This document shows positions 1 to 13,332 of a stretch of 64,000 bases of DNA, piece after piece. This DNA is from Eledone cirrhosa (Eukaryota), in assembly GCA_964016885.1 (NCBI GenBank), contig OZ024742.1, positions 169,260,001-169,324,000 of the forward strand, given 5' to 3'. The translations under genes were made by a program, and so were the position numbers. Under the pieces are notes generated by a model. That model searched no databases. It saw only the letters and a list, made by a program, of their open reading frames with translations, and was not told where the DNA came from. The number at the start of each line of letters is the position of its first letter. The first letter of the stretch is position 1.

Positions 1-490
1 TTGTTGTGTGTGCGTGTGTGTGTGCATGTTCCATGTTTATACATTTGCACAATTTCAAACCGATTCGACTCAAAGTCTGTAAGAATGTTGTAAATGGTCG
101 AACTTAGGTCAACGACTATTTATTTCATTCAAACTCACCCACAATTACGGAAATAATCGATAAAACTAAATACATGACGCTTTACCCCTCTAATACAATC
201 AGATTACCTCTCTCTACTCCCCTTCATCAGAGAAAGTTGCAGCATGTATGTACTTTTATCGAATTTTAAGGGCAGTAGAGAGAGGTATTCTGAATGTATT
301 AGAGGGGTAAAGCGTCATGTATTTAGTATTATCGATTATTTCCGTAATTGTGGGTGAGTTTGAATGAAATAAATAGTCGTTGACCTAAGTTCGACCATTT
401 ACAACATTCTTACAGACTTTGAGTCGAATCGGTTTGAAATTGTGCAAATGTATAAACATGGAACATGCACACACACACGCAACAACAACA
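1..490. repeat. Long inverted repeat (about 220-bp arms)
   Basis: About 13-225 is the reverse complement of about 267-478, with few mismatches. Confidence 0.9.
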
Positions 491-2180
491 ATCTGCCTTT
501 TATAGATAATGATGATGATGATGATGATGATTAAACTTACAAACGTTAAGAGAGAGAGAGGGAGAGGGAGAGAAATCGAACGTTTGTTTTTGAGTGTGGA
601 ACGGTCAAACATTTATTTACTTCAATGACAAAGAGAACTTATTACATTTCATACGAAACAACAATTATTCAAAAGCAACAGATAAATTTATTCAACAACA
701 AAAAAATAGCGATAAATCTTTTTTAAAACATCTATCAATGAACATGGAAGAAAGAAATATCAGTTCATTTACTATACACAATAATATCCTCTATGAGGTC
801 ACTAAACCTGCTAGAAACAGCAGCTAACTCTCCCCCATATCACACCACTCCCTACTGTCTTAAATTTAGAAAACATATCCCCTATGAGGTAACTAAACCT
901 GCTAGAAACAGCAGCTAACTCTCCCCCATATCACACCCTTCCCTACTGTCTTAAATTTAGAAAACACACATTAGACAACCATGCAGAACAACTCCATCGC
1001 AGCTCTGTTGTTCGGCTGGCATCGTCTACGCGCGTGTTGCGCAAGTACTGTGAAACAATAAATTTCAACACTTCTTTGCACAGAGATAATATCCATAGGC
1101 CCACTACAATTGTCACTGCTGGCGCAGCTCCTGCTTCGGCAGTCCAGGTCTGCAATTCATTCACCTAGTGCATGGCAGACAAAAAAGTGCTGCCATAAAA
1201 TGGGTGGTGCAACCTAACTTTGGTAACTTACTGACCCCGAGCAATGCCGAGCTTTAATGCTAGTTATTGCTAAAAATCTATATTATTATTTGAACTTGAC
1301 TAAACGATTCTTTTTACTGCTGGCTACTATTGAAACCTCCAGTGACCTCGGTCACTGTTTTCTTCTACAAAATCAGGAGGAATTCATCCCAACTGAGGAA
1401 AGAGCCACATGAGGTGGAATGGCTGACGCTGTGGGTGTTGCTGGCTATTCCCCACAGCAATGTTTTCACCATTTTGTCCGGAGGGCTCAGCTACGATATA
1501 CCATGTAGTCAGGGATACAGAGTCTGACCCTCCTTTTTCCCTTCCCCTTCTTTCATTTGGCAGTATCGGTAGAGCGTCAGACACCATGCTTTGCAGCAAA
1601 GAGTTACAGACCTTTATGATCTGAGTTCAAATCCTACCGAGGTTAACTTTGTACTGGAGTAATTGCTGGCCTTGTGCCAAAAGTAGAAACAATTATTTAC
1701 TTTTCGTCTTTTTATTATTTATTTATTTTGTTTTGTTTTTCTGGTTTTCTAGAGCACAGGGCTGATTTATCTAACCTTAACCCTAACCCTTAACATCCTG
1801 TGTCACAATCTGTCCACTAGTAAAGATGCTATAAACATTTGAGCTAACAAATCACATGTAATCACATTAACAAGACATTCTTGAAAAAGTGCAAAACAGC
1901 ACTGTGACCTCATCACATTAAAAATTAAAGTTTTTACAACAACAACAACCTGCCACTGCCGCCACCGCCACCATAGCAACAACAAAAACTACACCAACAA
2001 CAACAGCAGCAAAAAATAAACATAGCAACAACATAAACCACACCAGCAACAGTAGCAACAACAACAGTAACAACAAAAGCAGCAGCAGCAGTAGCAGTAA
2101 CAGCAACCAAATCCACATAAGTCAGAAAAATACTAAATATTTTTTTTAATGGAATATTAAAACATTAATCTAATACATAC

Positions 2181-2266
2181 CATTTGCTTGTTTGCATCAT
2201 TTCAATTAAATCTTGAAACAAGACATCTCGATTCTTATCACAGAAATTAGCTACGGAATAACATAC
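2181..2266 (-). CDS. MYO1E: Myosin-IE/F-like exon (last in window; gene continues beyond position 1)
   Basis: VCYSVANFCDKNRDVLFQDLIEMMQTSK; ttgcag acceptor, gtatgt donor; 86 nt. Confidence 0.93.
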
Positions 2267-2804
2267 CTGCAATAAAGAAGATAGCTTGAAAATTAGTGTA
2301 TCAAGTATGATAGACATCAAGAAGACAGCAACGAATTGGCAGAGTTGTTAGAATGTCAGATAGAATACTTTGTGGTATTCATTCTGGCTCTCAGCACTCT
2401 GACTTCAGATACCACCAAGGTGAACTTTACCTTTCATTCATCCTTTCGAGGTGGATAAAAAAGGATCAGTCTAATCTCTCTCTTTCTCTATCTATCTATT
2501 TCAATAGCTCTTACCCTCTGTTTCTTTCTCTCATTCTCTTCTAATACCCTAATTAATTGCCAAAAGGTAATTAATTAGGATATTTTTCTGGAAAAAATAG
2601 GCTGTGTTGAGACCTGGAGAGAGATCAGCTCTGCCAGGTTTAAGAAATGCTATATGTTATGTCACTACAATGCCCTTACGACTCCACCAGTGTTAAGAAG
2701 AAGAAGAAACTAACAGTGGGTGAATTAGCAGAGTCATTAGAACATTGGATAGAATGCTTTTGGGCTTTCAGTTTTTTGTTTTTTTTTAAACAATAGAATT
2801 TAAA

Positions 2805-3500
2805 TCGATGGCTGGAATGAAAATCAATGCTGCGAAAACTGAGACACTCATCCTCTCAAGGAAACCTGTAGGTACATTTTACATGTAAATGGAGTTCCAC
2901 TGAAACAGGGAGAGAAGTTCAAGTATCTTGGCACTGTGTTCACGAGTGATGGAAGGCAGGAGGCTGAATTAAGTGCAATAATTTCAAAAGCTGGTGCAGT
3001 AATGTACCAGCTTCAGCATTTAGTATTCAGAAGAAAAGAGGTAGGCGTAAAAACCAAACTCACTATCTTCAATTCAGTATTCATGCCAACCTTTACCTAT
3101 AGCCATGAATCTTGGGTAATGACTGAAAGAATACGATTGCAAATACAAGCAACGGAAATAGGGTGCCTCAAAAGGGGTAATGTTACTTGATAGTGTGTAG
3201 CTTGGAGATCAGAGAGTCACTCCAGGTGGAGGCACTACTTCTCCGAATTGAGAGCTCTCAGCTCCGATACTATGGATATGTGACTAGAATGTCTCGGGAA
3301 AGAATCGCTGGACAGATTTTATGGGCTAAACCAACCGGCAAGAGACCCAGGGGTAGACCCCGAGCAAGATGGTTGGATAACATCCATGTACTTGGCTGGT
3401 CTCGCTTGGGGATCCAGCCAGATCAGTTAGTGATGGTTGCTTCTGAGAGGACCCGTTGGCAGGAATGTTTGGGTATTCTGCTCCCACTACTCTCTTAGGA
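2805..3500 (+). mobile_element. 3' fragment of a second RTE-type LINE family
   Basis: GMKINAAKTE, FKYLG, LLRIESSQLRYYGYVTRM, GKRPRGRPRARW. Confidence 0.85.
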
Positions 3501-4150
3501 ATAAGTGAGAGGAGGAGTAGGTGGGATGCAGTTATTTGAATGAAACTCAGTATATTACTGTTATAGACTTTATTAATCTCAAGAAGTATGAAATTCAAAG
3601 TTTATTGTGGAGGTATTTGATCTTAAAAAGTAGAGACAAAATTTAACCCTTTTGATATCAACCCATCCAAAACTGGCTTTGGTTATGTGAAACATTTTAA
3701 AGGGTTCCAATCTAAACTAAATCTTCCAACAAGATTTTATATAAGAACAGAACCATATGAAAAATTATAATACAAATAACATTTTAATAATGAAATAACT
3801 AATAATTTTAGTAAATCCCTCCAAATTCTTCATTAATGTATTCAAGTACATGATAATTCATTAGAAATATGATAATGAAAGGGTTAAAAGGAAGGACACA
3901 TTGGACAACATAGTCCTGGATACATACAAAAGGTGAGATTGCTCATAGCTGAAACTATGAAAGTTTGATCATAGGTCTGTTCAATCAGGATTGGCCTAGG
4001 GTTAAACAACAACAAAGATAACATATGGAGGTGTCGTCCAACTTGTTACTATGAAATTATGAATGATTTTTTAAGCTAAAATATTCCTATGTGGGGCAAA
4101 TGAAAACAACAAAAAGAATTATTAAAAGACAAACAAACTCAGTAACTTAC

Positions 4151-4225
4151 TTTTCCAGCATAATGGAACAATATGAAACCTTGGTCATTGCCAACGTAGT
4201 ATTCGGAGTTCAAGCCTTGGAGTCT
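4151..4225 (-). CDS. MYO1E: Myosin-IE/F-like exon
   Basis: RLQGLNSEYYVGNDQGFILFHYAGK; cactag acceptor, gtaagt donor; 75 nt. Confidence 0.92.
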
Positions 4226-4694
4226 CTAGTGAAATAAATATGTAATAACAGTTCATTGAAACAATTTCTGATTAATAATATATTGAACATGGGGTCTACA
4301 AACTTCTGCCCATGGCAGAACAAAGTAAAATTTGAAGTATAAACTGTGATCTTATATTTTGTAGTAATGTCCATAACCCACTTACTATTATATGTGTATT
4401 CATTTTGAGGAAAAATAATATAAATAGCAGCCTATCAGCTGTATTGTAGATTAGCATTATAAGTAGTGGAAATCATACCCACACCGTGTCATCACACCTT
4501 TGGCTAGCAGTGCCTCTTCCCCAGAACATAATGGTCCTTTTCAGTTGTTGAGTTTGTGACCTCTGTTATAAAAGGGTCTCTAATGAACAATTAGCATAAA
4601 AACAAAAGATATAAAGAACCTTCTTTAATAAACAATCAGAAAACAACAGTGGGTGTAAAACTGCATTAGCCATTAAGCAAAATAAACACAGCTT

Positions 4695-5350
4695 AGTAGG
4701 TAGATATGTGGGTAAGTAGGTAGGAAGATAAGTAGGTTGGTAAGAAGGTAAGTAGGTAGGTCAGTAGGTAGGTAAGTAGGTAGGTAGGAAGGTAAGTAGG
4801 TAGGTAAGTAGGTAGGTAGGTAAGTAGGTAGGTTGATAGATAGATAGGTAGGTTAGTAGATAGGTAGGTAGATAGGTATGTAGATAGGTTGGTAGGTAAT
4901 TAGATAGGTAGATAGATAGGTAGGTAACTAGGTTGGTAGGTAGGTAGGTTGGTAGGTAGGTATGTATGTAGGTAGATTGGTAGGTAAGAAGGTTGGTAGA
5001 TAGGTAGGTACATAGGTAGGTAGAAGGTTGGCAGGTAGGTAAGTATGCAGATAAGTAGGTAGTCAGATAGGTAGATAAGTAAGTAGGTAGGTTGGTAGAT
5101 AAGTAGGTTGGTAAGTATGTATGTAAGTAGGTAGGTAGGTGGGTAGGTAGGTTGAAATGATGTATGTACTTACATACATAGCTACCTATCTACCTATCAA
5201 ACTACATACCTGCATACCTACCTATGTAGACAGGGAGGTAGGGAAGTAGGTAGATATGGAGGTATATAGGTAACATGCTAGCTAGGTAGCTAATAACTAG
5301 CTAGCTACATAGCTATATATATATAGGCAGATAAGTAAGTAACTAACTAG
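4695..5350. repeat. Degenerate (TAGG)n/(TAGA)n microsatellite
   Basis: Seen directly. Other large simple repeats: (GTA/GTG)n 21230-21565, (TC)n(TA)n 27554-27690, GA-rich 44860-45175 and 47215-47460. Confidence 0.95.
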
Positions 5351-5359
5351 CTATTTACA

Positions 5360-5784
5360 TCTATATATATAAAGTTGTATTCCTGTCTGTTTGTTTGTTT
5401 GTTTGTTTGTTCACGAACTCCTCCTATGGTTTTGGAGATAGACCCCCCATAACCATATATATTCTGAAACTACATTGACCAGGGTGAAATTTAAACCATA
5501 GGTAAATGACAAGATATGATGCCTATTCACAAAAGTTTTGAATTGATATTTTGAAAAAAATTATTTACAAGAAACAAAATAAGAATAAGATTTAATAATG
5601 TAATTTTGATTTGATATATTACAAAAAATAATGTTTTCCAATTTTTAATGCATTACATTTTACATTGAGTAATATTGAAATGCAGAGTTTTTCTCCATAA
5701 ATTATATCACTGATTTAAAATCAATCATAATTTTCTTACAAAAAAAATGTGTGAAACACAGCAAGGCGCGGGTAATTCGGCTAG
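5360..5784 (+). mobile_element. Non-autonomous Helitron-like element
   Basis: A|TC start, (GTTT)n near the 5' end, GC-rich subterminal motif and CTAG|T end. Confidence 0.6.
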
Positions 5785-5856
5785 TAGCTATATATATATG
5801 TAGGCAGGTACAGCAAAATGATGAGAAGGAAAAGTAAATGTATCGTGATCACTGAC

Positions 5857-6027
5857 CTGTAGCAAAGTTTTATCAGCTCCTTCACTGACAGCATGCAATG
5901 TTGCGCAAACATCATCTAACATGCTCATAATTCCAGGTGGCTTCTTCTGTTCAATTAAATCACACACTATTTTGTTGTTGAAGTAATCAATTGGAGTCCA
6001 TTTTATATTTTCAGCTACATATTCTTC
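5857..6027 (-). CDS. MYO1E: Myosin-IE/F-like exon
   Basis: [57 protein letters not shown]; tttcag acceptor, gtcagt donor; 171 nt. Confidence 0.97.
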
Positions 6028-6064
6028 CTGAAAAGAATTATAGAATATTTACTGAGAATATATA

Positions 6065-6932
6065 CAGGGTGAGGACGATATTTGTTCGCAATTTTCAACT
6101 GCTAATTTTATGCAAATTTTTTTTACTTCCGTTGTCACTCTTGTCTTCATAAAAACAGTGACTATATTTCCATTATTTATTTTCAGAATAATTGATTATG
6201 AATAATTTTGAACCTCCAAATTTGTGGAAGAGACACAGAGTTCTTCTTGGAATCTGCACCAGGAATACAAATAAGGAAATTTCAGACTTTCTCAGCGTCA
6301 GCAGGAAAATGGTGTCTCATCCAAAGACGTGCCCAGAGTCATGCAGACAAAGTTTCCAGAGACAACATTGGTCTTAGGTGTCGTCAGCAGTCAAGGTGAC
6401 GTCATGCCACCTCACTTCTTCCCTGAGGGCCTCAAGCTGAACACCGATGGCTACATCCACGTTCTGAGCGAGGTAGTAAAGCCCTGGATCGACCAGGTAG
6501 CTGCAGGTAGGCCGTATGTGTGGCAGCAAGACTCAGCGCCCTGCCATACCAGCCGAAAGACCCAAGCCTGGCTGTCAGAGAACTTCGTCGACCATACTTC
6601 ACCTGACTGCAACCACCTCGACTTCTTTGTGTGGGGTGCAGTGGAACAAGACACTAACAGATCTAGCTGCAATAAGAAAGACGATCTGAAGGCCAGGATC
6701 ACAAGTGCCTTTAGGGGCCTAAGTCGGGGGACAGTGACAAAGGCCTGTAGATGGTTCCGAGACCGCCTTGAGGCCGTCATCAAAGCCAATGGCGGGTTTA
6801 TCGAGTGAGATCGAAAGAACAAGTCATGAAGACAAACTGACTCAAGTTTGATAAATATATCTTAAAAAATAAAACTACTGTGTTATTATTTCCTAGACAG
6901 TAATCTTGCGAACAAATATCGTCCACACCCTG
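6065..6932 (+). mobile_element. Internally deleted Tc1/mariner (maT/DD37D-like) element
   Basis: TIRs cagggtg.ggacgatatttgttcgca at both ends with TA TSD; transposase remnant WQQDSAPCH..SPDCNHLDFFVW (ORF 6329-6808). Confidence 0.92.
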
Positions 6933-7499
6933 TATATATTTATTATATGTATTTTACATTGAACATCATAGTTAATTCATTCATAATATCAAGCAACTGT
7001 TACCTCTGTCTCATTGTATGGCTGCTCAGCATGGACCCTTACCTCAAAACTGGAAAGAAGATTAGATGGAGCCTTCACTTGCATGCTAAGAATGACTTTG
7101 AATGTCAGTTGGAGAGATTGTCTGACCAATGAGTGACTGAATGAGAACCTTCATCCAGTAGCATACATCATCAAAGAGTGTAGAGTCAGATTTTCTAAAG
7201 ACAAAATTGTTACTGAAGTTCTTCTGTGGGAGCCTACACAAGGAAGAGCTAGCAGAGGACAACAAGCCAAAACCTATATCAAGCAAATTTGTGACGACAT
7301 AAACTGCAATTGCTCTGACCTGCCGAATATGATGATCTATAAAATTGAATGGCGACAGAGAGTCAAGGGAATACATGCAACAGTGTGACCTACTGATTGA
7401 TATATCTATATCTATATCTATGTGTGTGTGTGCATATATATATATATACATTAGGAAGTATGCTAAGCAGCCAAAATGTACGACAAAGTTATATCTGTA

Positions 7500-10400
7500 T
7501 CATCATCATTATCATTTAACGTCTATCTTCCACGCTAGCATGGGTTAGACAGGAATTGTCCCACTTGAGATAAGATTGATCGAGTGACCATGTCTCGCTC
7601 ATATAGGACTGTATCTGGCAGGTTTTCTACAGCTGGATGCCCTTTCTAACACCAACCACATTTATAATGTGGACTGGGAGCCTTTTTGCCGTGTCTTCTA
7701 CACGACCACTTTACAGCGTGGACTGGGTGCTTTTTGTCGTGACACCTACACAACCACTTTAGTGTGAACTGGATGTTCTGTGGTACCAACATAACTTTAC
7801 AGAGAAAAGATGGTGTGGGTGGGAGGATGGAGTAGGGGTAGTGGGTATATACAGATATAACTATATATATATGTATCACATGTCCATACCAACACAGTCT
7901 TCTCTCTTGCACACTACATCCAATTCCTCTTATGCCAATTTTTTCTCTCAGTTCCAATAAACTAAGTTGTTGTTCATGTACACTAAAGTTACACATCCAT
8001 TGGAGCATACTTCTTTCATTCCTTTCCAGTCTTTACAGGACTTCTGTAGTTAAAGCCCATGTTTCACTGCCGTGTAGCACTGCAATTCACACACAGGCAT
8101 CATATATTCCCTCTGAGAGAAAAGCCCTTTGTTGTCAGCAGAGATATCAGCTTCCAGCTTGTTCTGATCCTGACTATCACACTTTAAGTGCATCCTTCCC
8201 ACTACTAATTAGATTGTGTAGGTAACAAAAGCTGTCAACAACTTCTGAGGAGCCTCCCTGGCAACTGAAGAAATTTATTTCACATGAGTTCTTAGTGCTT
8301 ACTTCTATTGTGTATCTGCCACATACCAAGTCTATTTTTACTGTTAGCTTTCCTGCAATCCCACTACATCTTTTGTGTAGCCACAGAATACAAGGTGTGC
8401 ACCTTATAGAATTTCTGCCCACCTATTTCTCACATATTGAGCTAGGCCACTTTCATAGTGGTATCTACCTCCTGTCTTCTTTCCTACTTATTAAGACTTT
8501 CATATTTGCTAAGTTTACTTTTCAATTCTTCAATTCTTGGTTTTTCTTCCATGCTTGAAATTTTGCCTCTAACTCTCCTATAGATTCAGCTATAAGGACT
8601 AGGTCATCAGCATATATGAGTTTCCAAGGAGTGCCAGTTTTAAACTCCTCAGTGATGGCCAGAAAGACAATGACAAACAGAAGTGGTCTGAGGACTGAGC
8701 CCTGGTGGACCCACACTTGCACTTCAAATTCATCACTGTACTCATTGCCAATTCTCACTTTGCTGGTTGTACCTTTATACATGGCCCTCACAAGCCATTC
8801 ATCTACACTTAACTTTTTAAGTGCCCACAAGATTATACAGCATGGGACCCTAACAAAAGCCTTCTCCATATCTACAAAAGTCAGATACAGTGGCTTACTC
8901 TTAGCTATGTACCTCTCCTGTAGTTGTTTTACTAGAAAGATGGTATTGGTAGTATCCCAGTCTGGCATAAATCCAAATAACATTTCATCTAACTTTATTC
9001 TGTCCCTAATTAGTTGTACTATAACCCTTTCAGCAACTTTCATGACCTGGTCCATCAACTTGATGTCTCTGTAATTACTTCTCTCTAGTGCATCTCTAGT
9101 AGCAATTTATAATGATACTACTGCGCCAGTAATTGGGTATGACCCCTTCCTATACTATTTGATTAACTATGCTTGTGACTAGTTCATATCCTATTATGCC
9201 AGATGCTTATAGCATCTCAGCAACTAAACCAGATAGTCCAGCTGTCTTTCCTACCTTCATGTCTTTAATTGCTTTATCTAGCACACTGCTGTCAACCTTT
9301 ATAACTGGTCCCTTAGTTGGGTCTGAATGGAATAGGACATCGTTGTCCTATTTATTGTTTTCATTCAGCAGCCTTTCATAGTAAGTGTTCCATACCTCCT
9401 TTTCAGCATCAGACAGGGCAATTGCTCCACTATCATTTTAAATGCACTGCTCCACAAGCAGATCACAATTTTCTCTATTACACTGACTCGCAATCCAAAA
9501 TACTTCACACCACTGATCTTCACAATGCAGGACATGTGCAAACTTCTTTTCTGCTTCTGCCCTTGCTAGGTGTACCTGGCTTCTCTTCTAGCTATTTTGT
9601 ATTGCTCACTATTTTCACTTTTCCTCCAGTCTCTACAGGATTGTCATTTTGTTTTTATGGCTCTATCTAACTTATCATTCCACCACCACCTCACCTCCAT
9701 CTTGCTGTTACCTCGCTCCAACCACAGAACTGGTTTGTGGCTTCCAGTAGATTATCTCATAGGAATTCCCAATTTTTCTCAATGTTATATGTCTCCATCC
9801 CCCTCTGCCTTACTGTCAAAAGTGTCAAGTAAGATTTCTCTGAATTTGTTACCTGCAGCAGGCTCTCTTAGCTTCCAGGTCTTCCTTTACCAGACAGGCT
9901 TCTGTCTCTTAGTCCATCTAGCCCGTATTCTAAGATCCCTGACAACTAATCTATGTTGAGAGATATGTTCTTCCTCATGAAAGGCTTTGGCATTCACACC
10001 CATTTGCCTGTCTTGTTTCCTGGTGAGAATGAAGTCTGTAAGCGGACCTTATAGAACTGGTCTTTCTGCTTGTCTACCAGTCCAACTTGTGGGGTGTAAT
10101 GCAGATAGTATAGTGGCTGTTGTATTGCTCAAGGCTAGTCAAAGTTTAATCATTCTGTTACACACTCTAACTACTTCAATTACCTGGTCTACCCATCTCT
10201 TAGCTAGCATTCCTACTCTACCCATCTCATTATTGCTACCGACCCAGAAGAATTTGTAACAATGTTCCTTGCCTGTGATGAGTCTGGCTGAAGCACCCTT
10301 CCACACATCTACTCATCTCCTCTCTAGCATCTCCACAATCTCACCACACTTACCTTTCATTGTTCCAACATTGACAGTAATAAATCTTAAGTTCTGAGTT
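7500..10400 (-). mobile_element. Degraded full-length copy of the same RTE LINE family, with 3' UTR and (GAT)n tail
   Basis: ORF 8522-9058 (FVDMEKAF, HQGSVL, YADD), WLHKRCSG finger at 8177-8422, APE remnants near 10300-10400. Confidence 0.9.
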
Positions 10401-10582
10401 TGATGATAAGGGGAGTGCATGAGTGTCTTGCTATTTTCATGGGACCAGAAGGGTAGAAGGACTGGTCATTTGGTTCCTCCAGCCTCACAGCAACAAGCCA
10501 CAATGTGCATATACATATCCGTATATATATTATAAGAGCATAGAGCCCTCCTCAAAGTGCAGGAGGTTTATGTATATATATG

Positions 10583-10720
10583 TGAAGGCGCATGGCTTAG
10601 TGGTTAGAGCATTGGGCTTGCAATCGAAAGGTTCAATACTCGGACCGGGTGATGTGTTGTTTCCTTGAGCAAGACACTTTATTTCACATTGCTCCAGTTT
10701 ACTCAGCTGTAGAAATGAGA
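10583..10720 (+). mobile_element. Second tRNA-derived SINE family (representative copy)
   Basis: A-box tggcttagtggttagagc, B-box-like ggttcaat, core ccttgagcaagacact; minus-strand copies at about 46432-46575 and 61012-61155. Confidence 0.78.
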
Positions 10721-11446
10721 TGGGGTCCCTATCATTTCACTGCAAAGTGGTTGTGGAGGTGCTACGGCAAAAAAGCACCCAGCCCACACTGTAAAGTGGA
10801 CGTGTAGGCGCCACGGCAAAAAAGCACCCAGCACTCACTGTAAATGAGGTTGGTGTTAGGAAGGGCATCCAGCTGTAGAAATCAAGCCAGAATCAGTTCC
10901 AGTATGAGCAAGACAAGGTCAGCCGACCAGACACTGCCCACAACAGGACAACCCATCTAACCCATGCTAGCATGGAAGAACGGACGTAAAATGGTGATGA
11001 TGATGATGATATGCATCACATACTCCCAAATTAGGAGGGTAGTGGTTTTTCAGCAGGGAAACCCACATTCATTATTGCATGGTGAGAGGGTAGGGGCAGG
11101 AAAATGGTTTCTCGACAAAGAGTTAACAGTTAGGTTTGAAAACATGTTAAGATCAGAATTGTTCATCACATATCTGAAAACATACTAAAAGGAGAGAATT
11201 AAAATAAAATCTATACAACTTTTTAAAAATCTTGGTAGCCTGTTGTCATTTGATGTTGGTGTGCCACAAAAGACATTTTGCATCACATATTCTGCAGTAA
11301 AATATAAGCCAATGTGTACACCATGAAATTGCTGTTGCTGGTGGTGGTGGTGGTGGTGGTGGTGGTGGTAGTAGTAGTAGTAGTGAGGAGGGTGAGATGG
11401 GGAGAGAGAACAAGGAGGAGGAGGGGAGAGGGAGGATTTAACCAAC

Positions 11447-11614
11447 CTGTTCAGCCTTCAGTGTCAGTTCAATGAAGATTTGTTGTAGTTTCTCATTAAC
11501 ATAGTTGATACAGAACTGTTCAAAGCCATTCTTTTCAAATATTTCAAAGCCATAGATATCTAGAATACCTATACTGAGGCCTTCAGCTTTCAGATGCATG
11601 GCTTTGTTGATGGT
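11447..11614 (-). CDS. MYO1E: Myosin-IE/F-like exon, switch II and relay helix
   Basis: [56 protein letters not shown]; ttacag acceptor, gttggt donor; 168 nt. Confidence 0.97.
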
Positions 11615-11694
11615 CTGTAAAACAACAGAATAGTTATATCAATATAGAAATCAATGATGGGGAAATAATCTTTATTATCATGATTATTTATGGC

Positions 11695-11921
11695 TTAACC
11701 CTTTAGCATTTAAACTGGCCATATCCAGCCAGAATTATCTCACCTCTTTCTGTTCAAACCGGCTGTAACCGGTCGCTCATACTGATGTTAAAGTATATCT
11801 CAAAATAAATAACATCAAAATCTCATAAATTCGATATTATGTGAGATAATTATGTAAGATAAAACCTTTACCATGGAAATACAATAGTAACTATGGAGTA
11901 ATGTAAATGCTAAAAGGTTAA
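11695..11921. mobile_element. piggyBac-like MITE (TTAA-flanked); second copy at 12991-13216, related element at 3643-3887
   Basis: TTAA-ccctttagcattta...aaatgctaaa(a/g)gg-TTAA. Confidence 0.8.
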
Positions 11922-12715
11922 ATAACAGAGTACCACTTTAAATAACAGAGTATCATTGCAATTTAACAGAGTACCTCTATATTCAACAGAGTACCACTGT
12001 AAATAACAGAGTACTGGATCAAATAGTAGATAATAATAGATTAATTGTAGATTTAACAGTCTTTTGGGGAATGACAATACATTTAATTTGAATAAAATGG
12101 TGCCCTTCTTCCCTTGTAACCCTAAACATGTACTTATATTGTTTAACTCTTAATGTCCTGTACTACATGAAATCCCATTAGAAAAATTTCTTGAAAGTAC
12201 AAAACAACACTATGACTACATTACATTAAATAAGAAAGTCTTTAATATGACAAATTTTCACAATGATCTGTCCACTATAAACATTTGAATTGACAAACTA
12301 CATGAAACCACATTAACAAAATATTCTTGAAAAGTAAAAAATAGCACTATGACTGCATCACATTAAATATTAAAGTCTTTACTCTAATACTGTAAATTTT
12401 CACAATGATCTGTCCACTAGTAAAGATACTATAAATATTTTAATTTCTGAATCTATTTTTAGATATACTCTCCTAAATTATTACAGGGTGTTATGGGTTA
12501 ATAGTTAATCTAGCCCTGCTTACCATATACACACCTGTTGTTAAACTGTGGACAGCATTAAAGTGATCCTTAAAATTGAATATACAGCAAATAGACAATA
12601 CCTGATGGTGAAAAGGGTGATAATTCTCCCAACAAAATCCCACCTCCCCATAATAAGATTCTGAAACCAGTAAAAGAGAGGAGAATAAAATAATCTGTTG
12701 AAGTTGATCTCTTAC

Positions 12716-12912
12716 CGACACAAGATAATCAAAGAGTCTGTCATAAAGGGCTTTTGATAAAGCATCCCTCGTATAAAGAGCCTGGTCAACATTCAGCTTC
12801 ATTGCAATCTTCTCAGACTTTCCCCCCCATTTACTGTCCATCACTCGACCAGTTAGTTTCTCGTTTAAAACATCCTTGTCTATTTGCAACAAATGGGCTG
12901 GAAAATCTAGAA
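12716..12912 (-). CDS. MYO1E: Myosin-IE/F-like exon, CM loop and TEDS site
   Basis: (F)[75 protein letters not shown] is typical of Myo1E/F, and the residue 16 positions before DALSK (TEDS site) is Glu. ctgtag acceptor, gtaaga donor; 197 nt. Confidence 0.97.
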
Positions 12913-13332
12913 CTACAGAAGCAAAATTAAATAATTAATTAATGAATCATACTCAAGAAGCATTAAGCAAAATTTTGAAAGTATGTTAGCTTAACCCTTT
13001 AGCATTTAAAACGGCTGTATCCAGCCAGAATCTTCTCACCTCTTTCTGTTCAAACAGGCCGTTACTGGCCGCTTATACTGGTGTTAAGGTATTGTTCTCA
13101 AAATAAATAATATCAAAATTTCATAGATTCGATATGTGAGATAATTATGTGAAATAAAGCCTTTACCATGAAAATATAATAGTATATATAGAGTAATGGA
13201 AATGCTAAAGGGTTAAAGGAAGCTGCTTTAACAAAGGTTTTTAGACTATGAAAATAGACAAACAAGTTCAGTATAAAAGTCCCTAAAGGTGATACTGTCC
13301 CCTTTTTCTGTCTCTAGGGGCTTATACTCATA

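Noticed and set aside
1770-1795. Interstitial telomeric repeat (CCCTAA-like)
   Set aside because: Only 3-4 imperfect units; not distinguishable from chance or a repeat fragment.
10583-10660. tRNA gene
   Set aside because: tRNA-like A/B boxes run into a SINE body that recurs at 46.5 kb and 61.1 kb; no complete cloverleaf.
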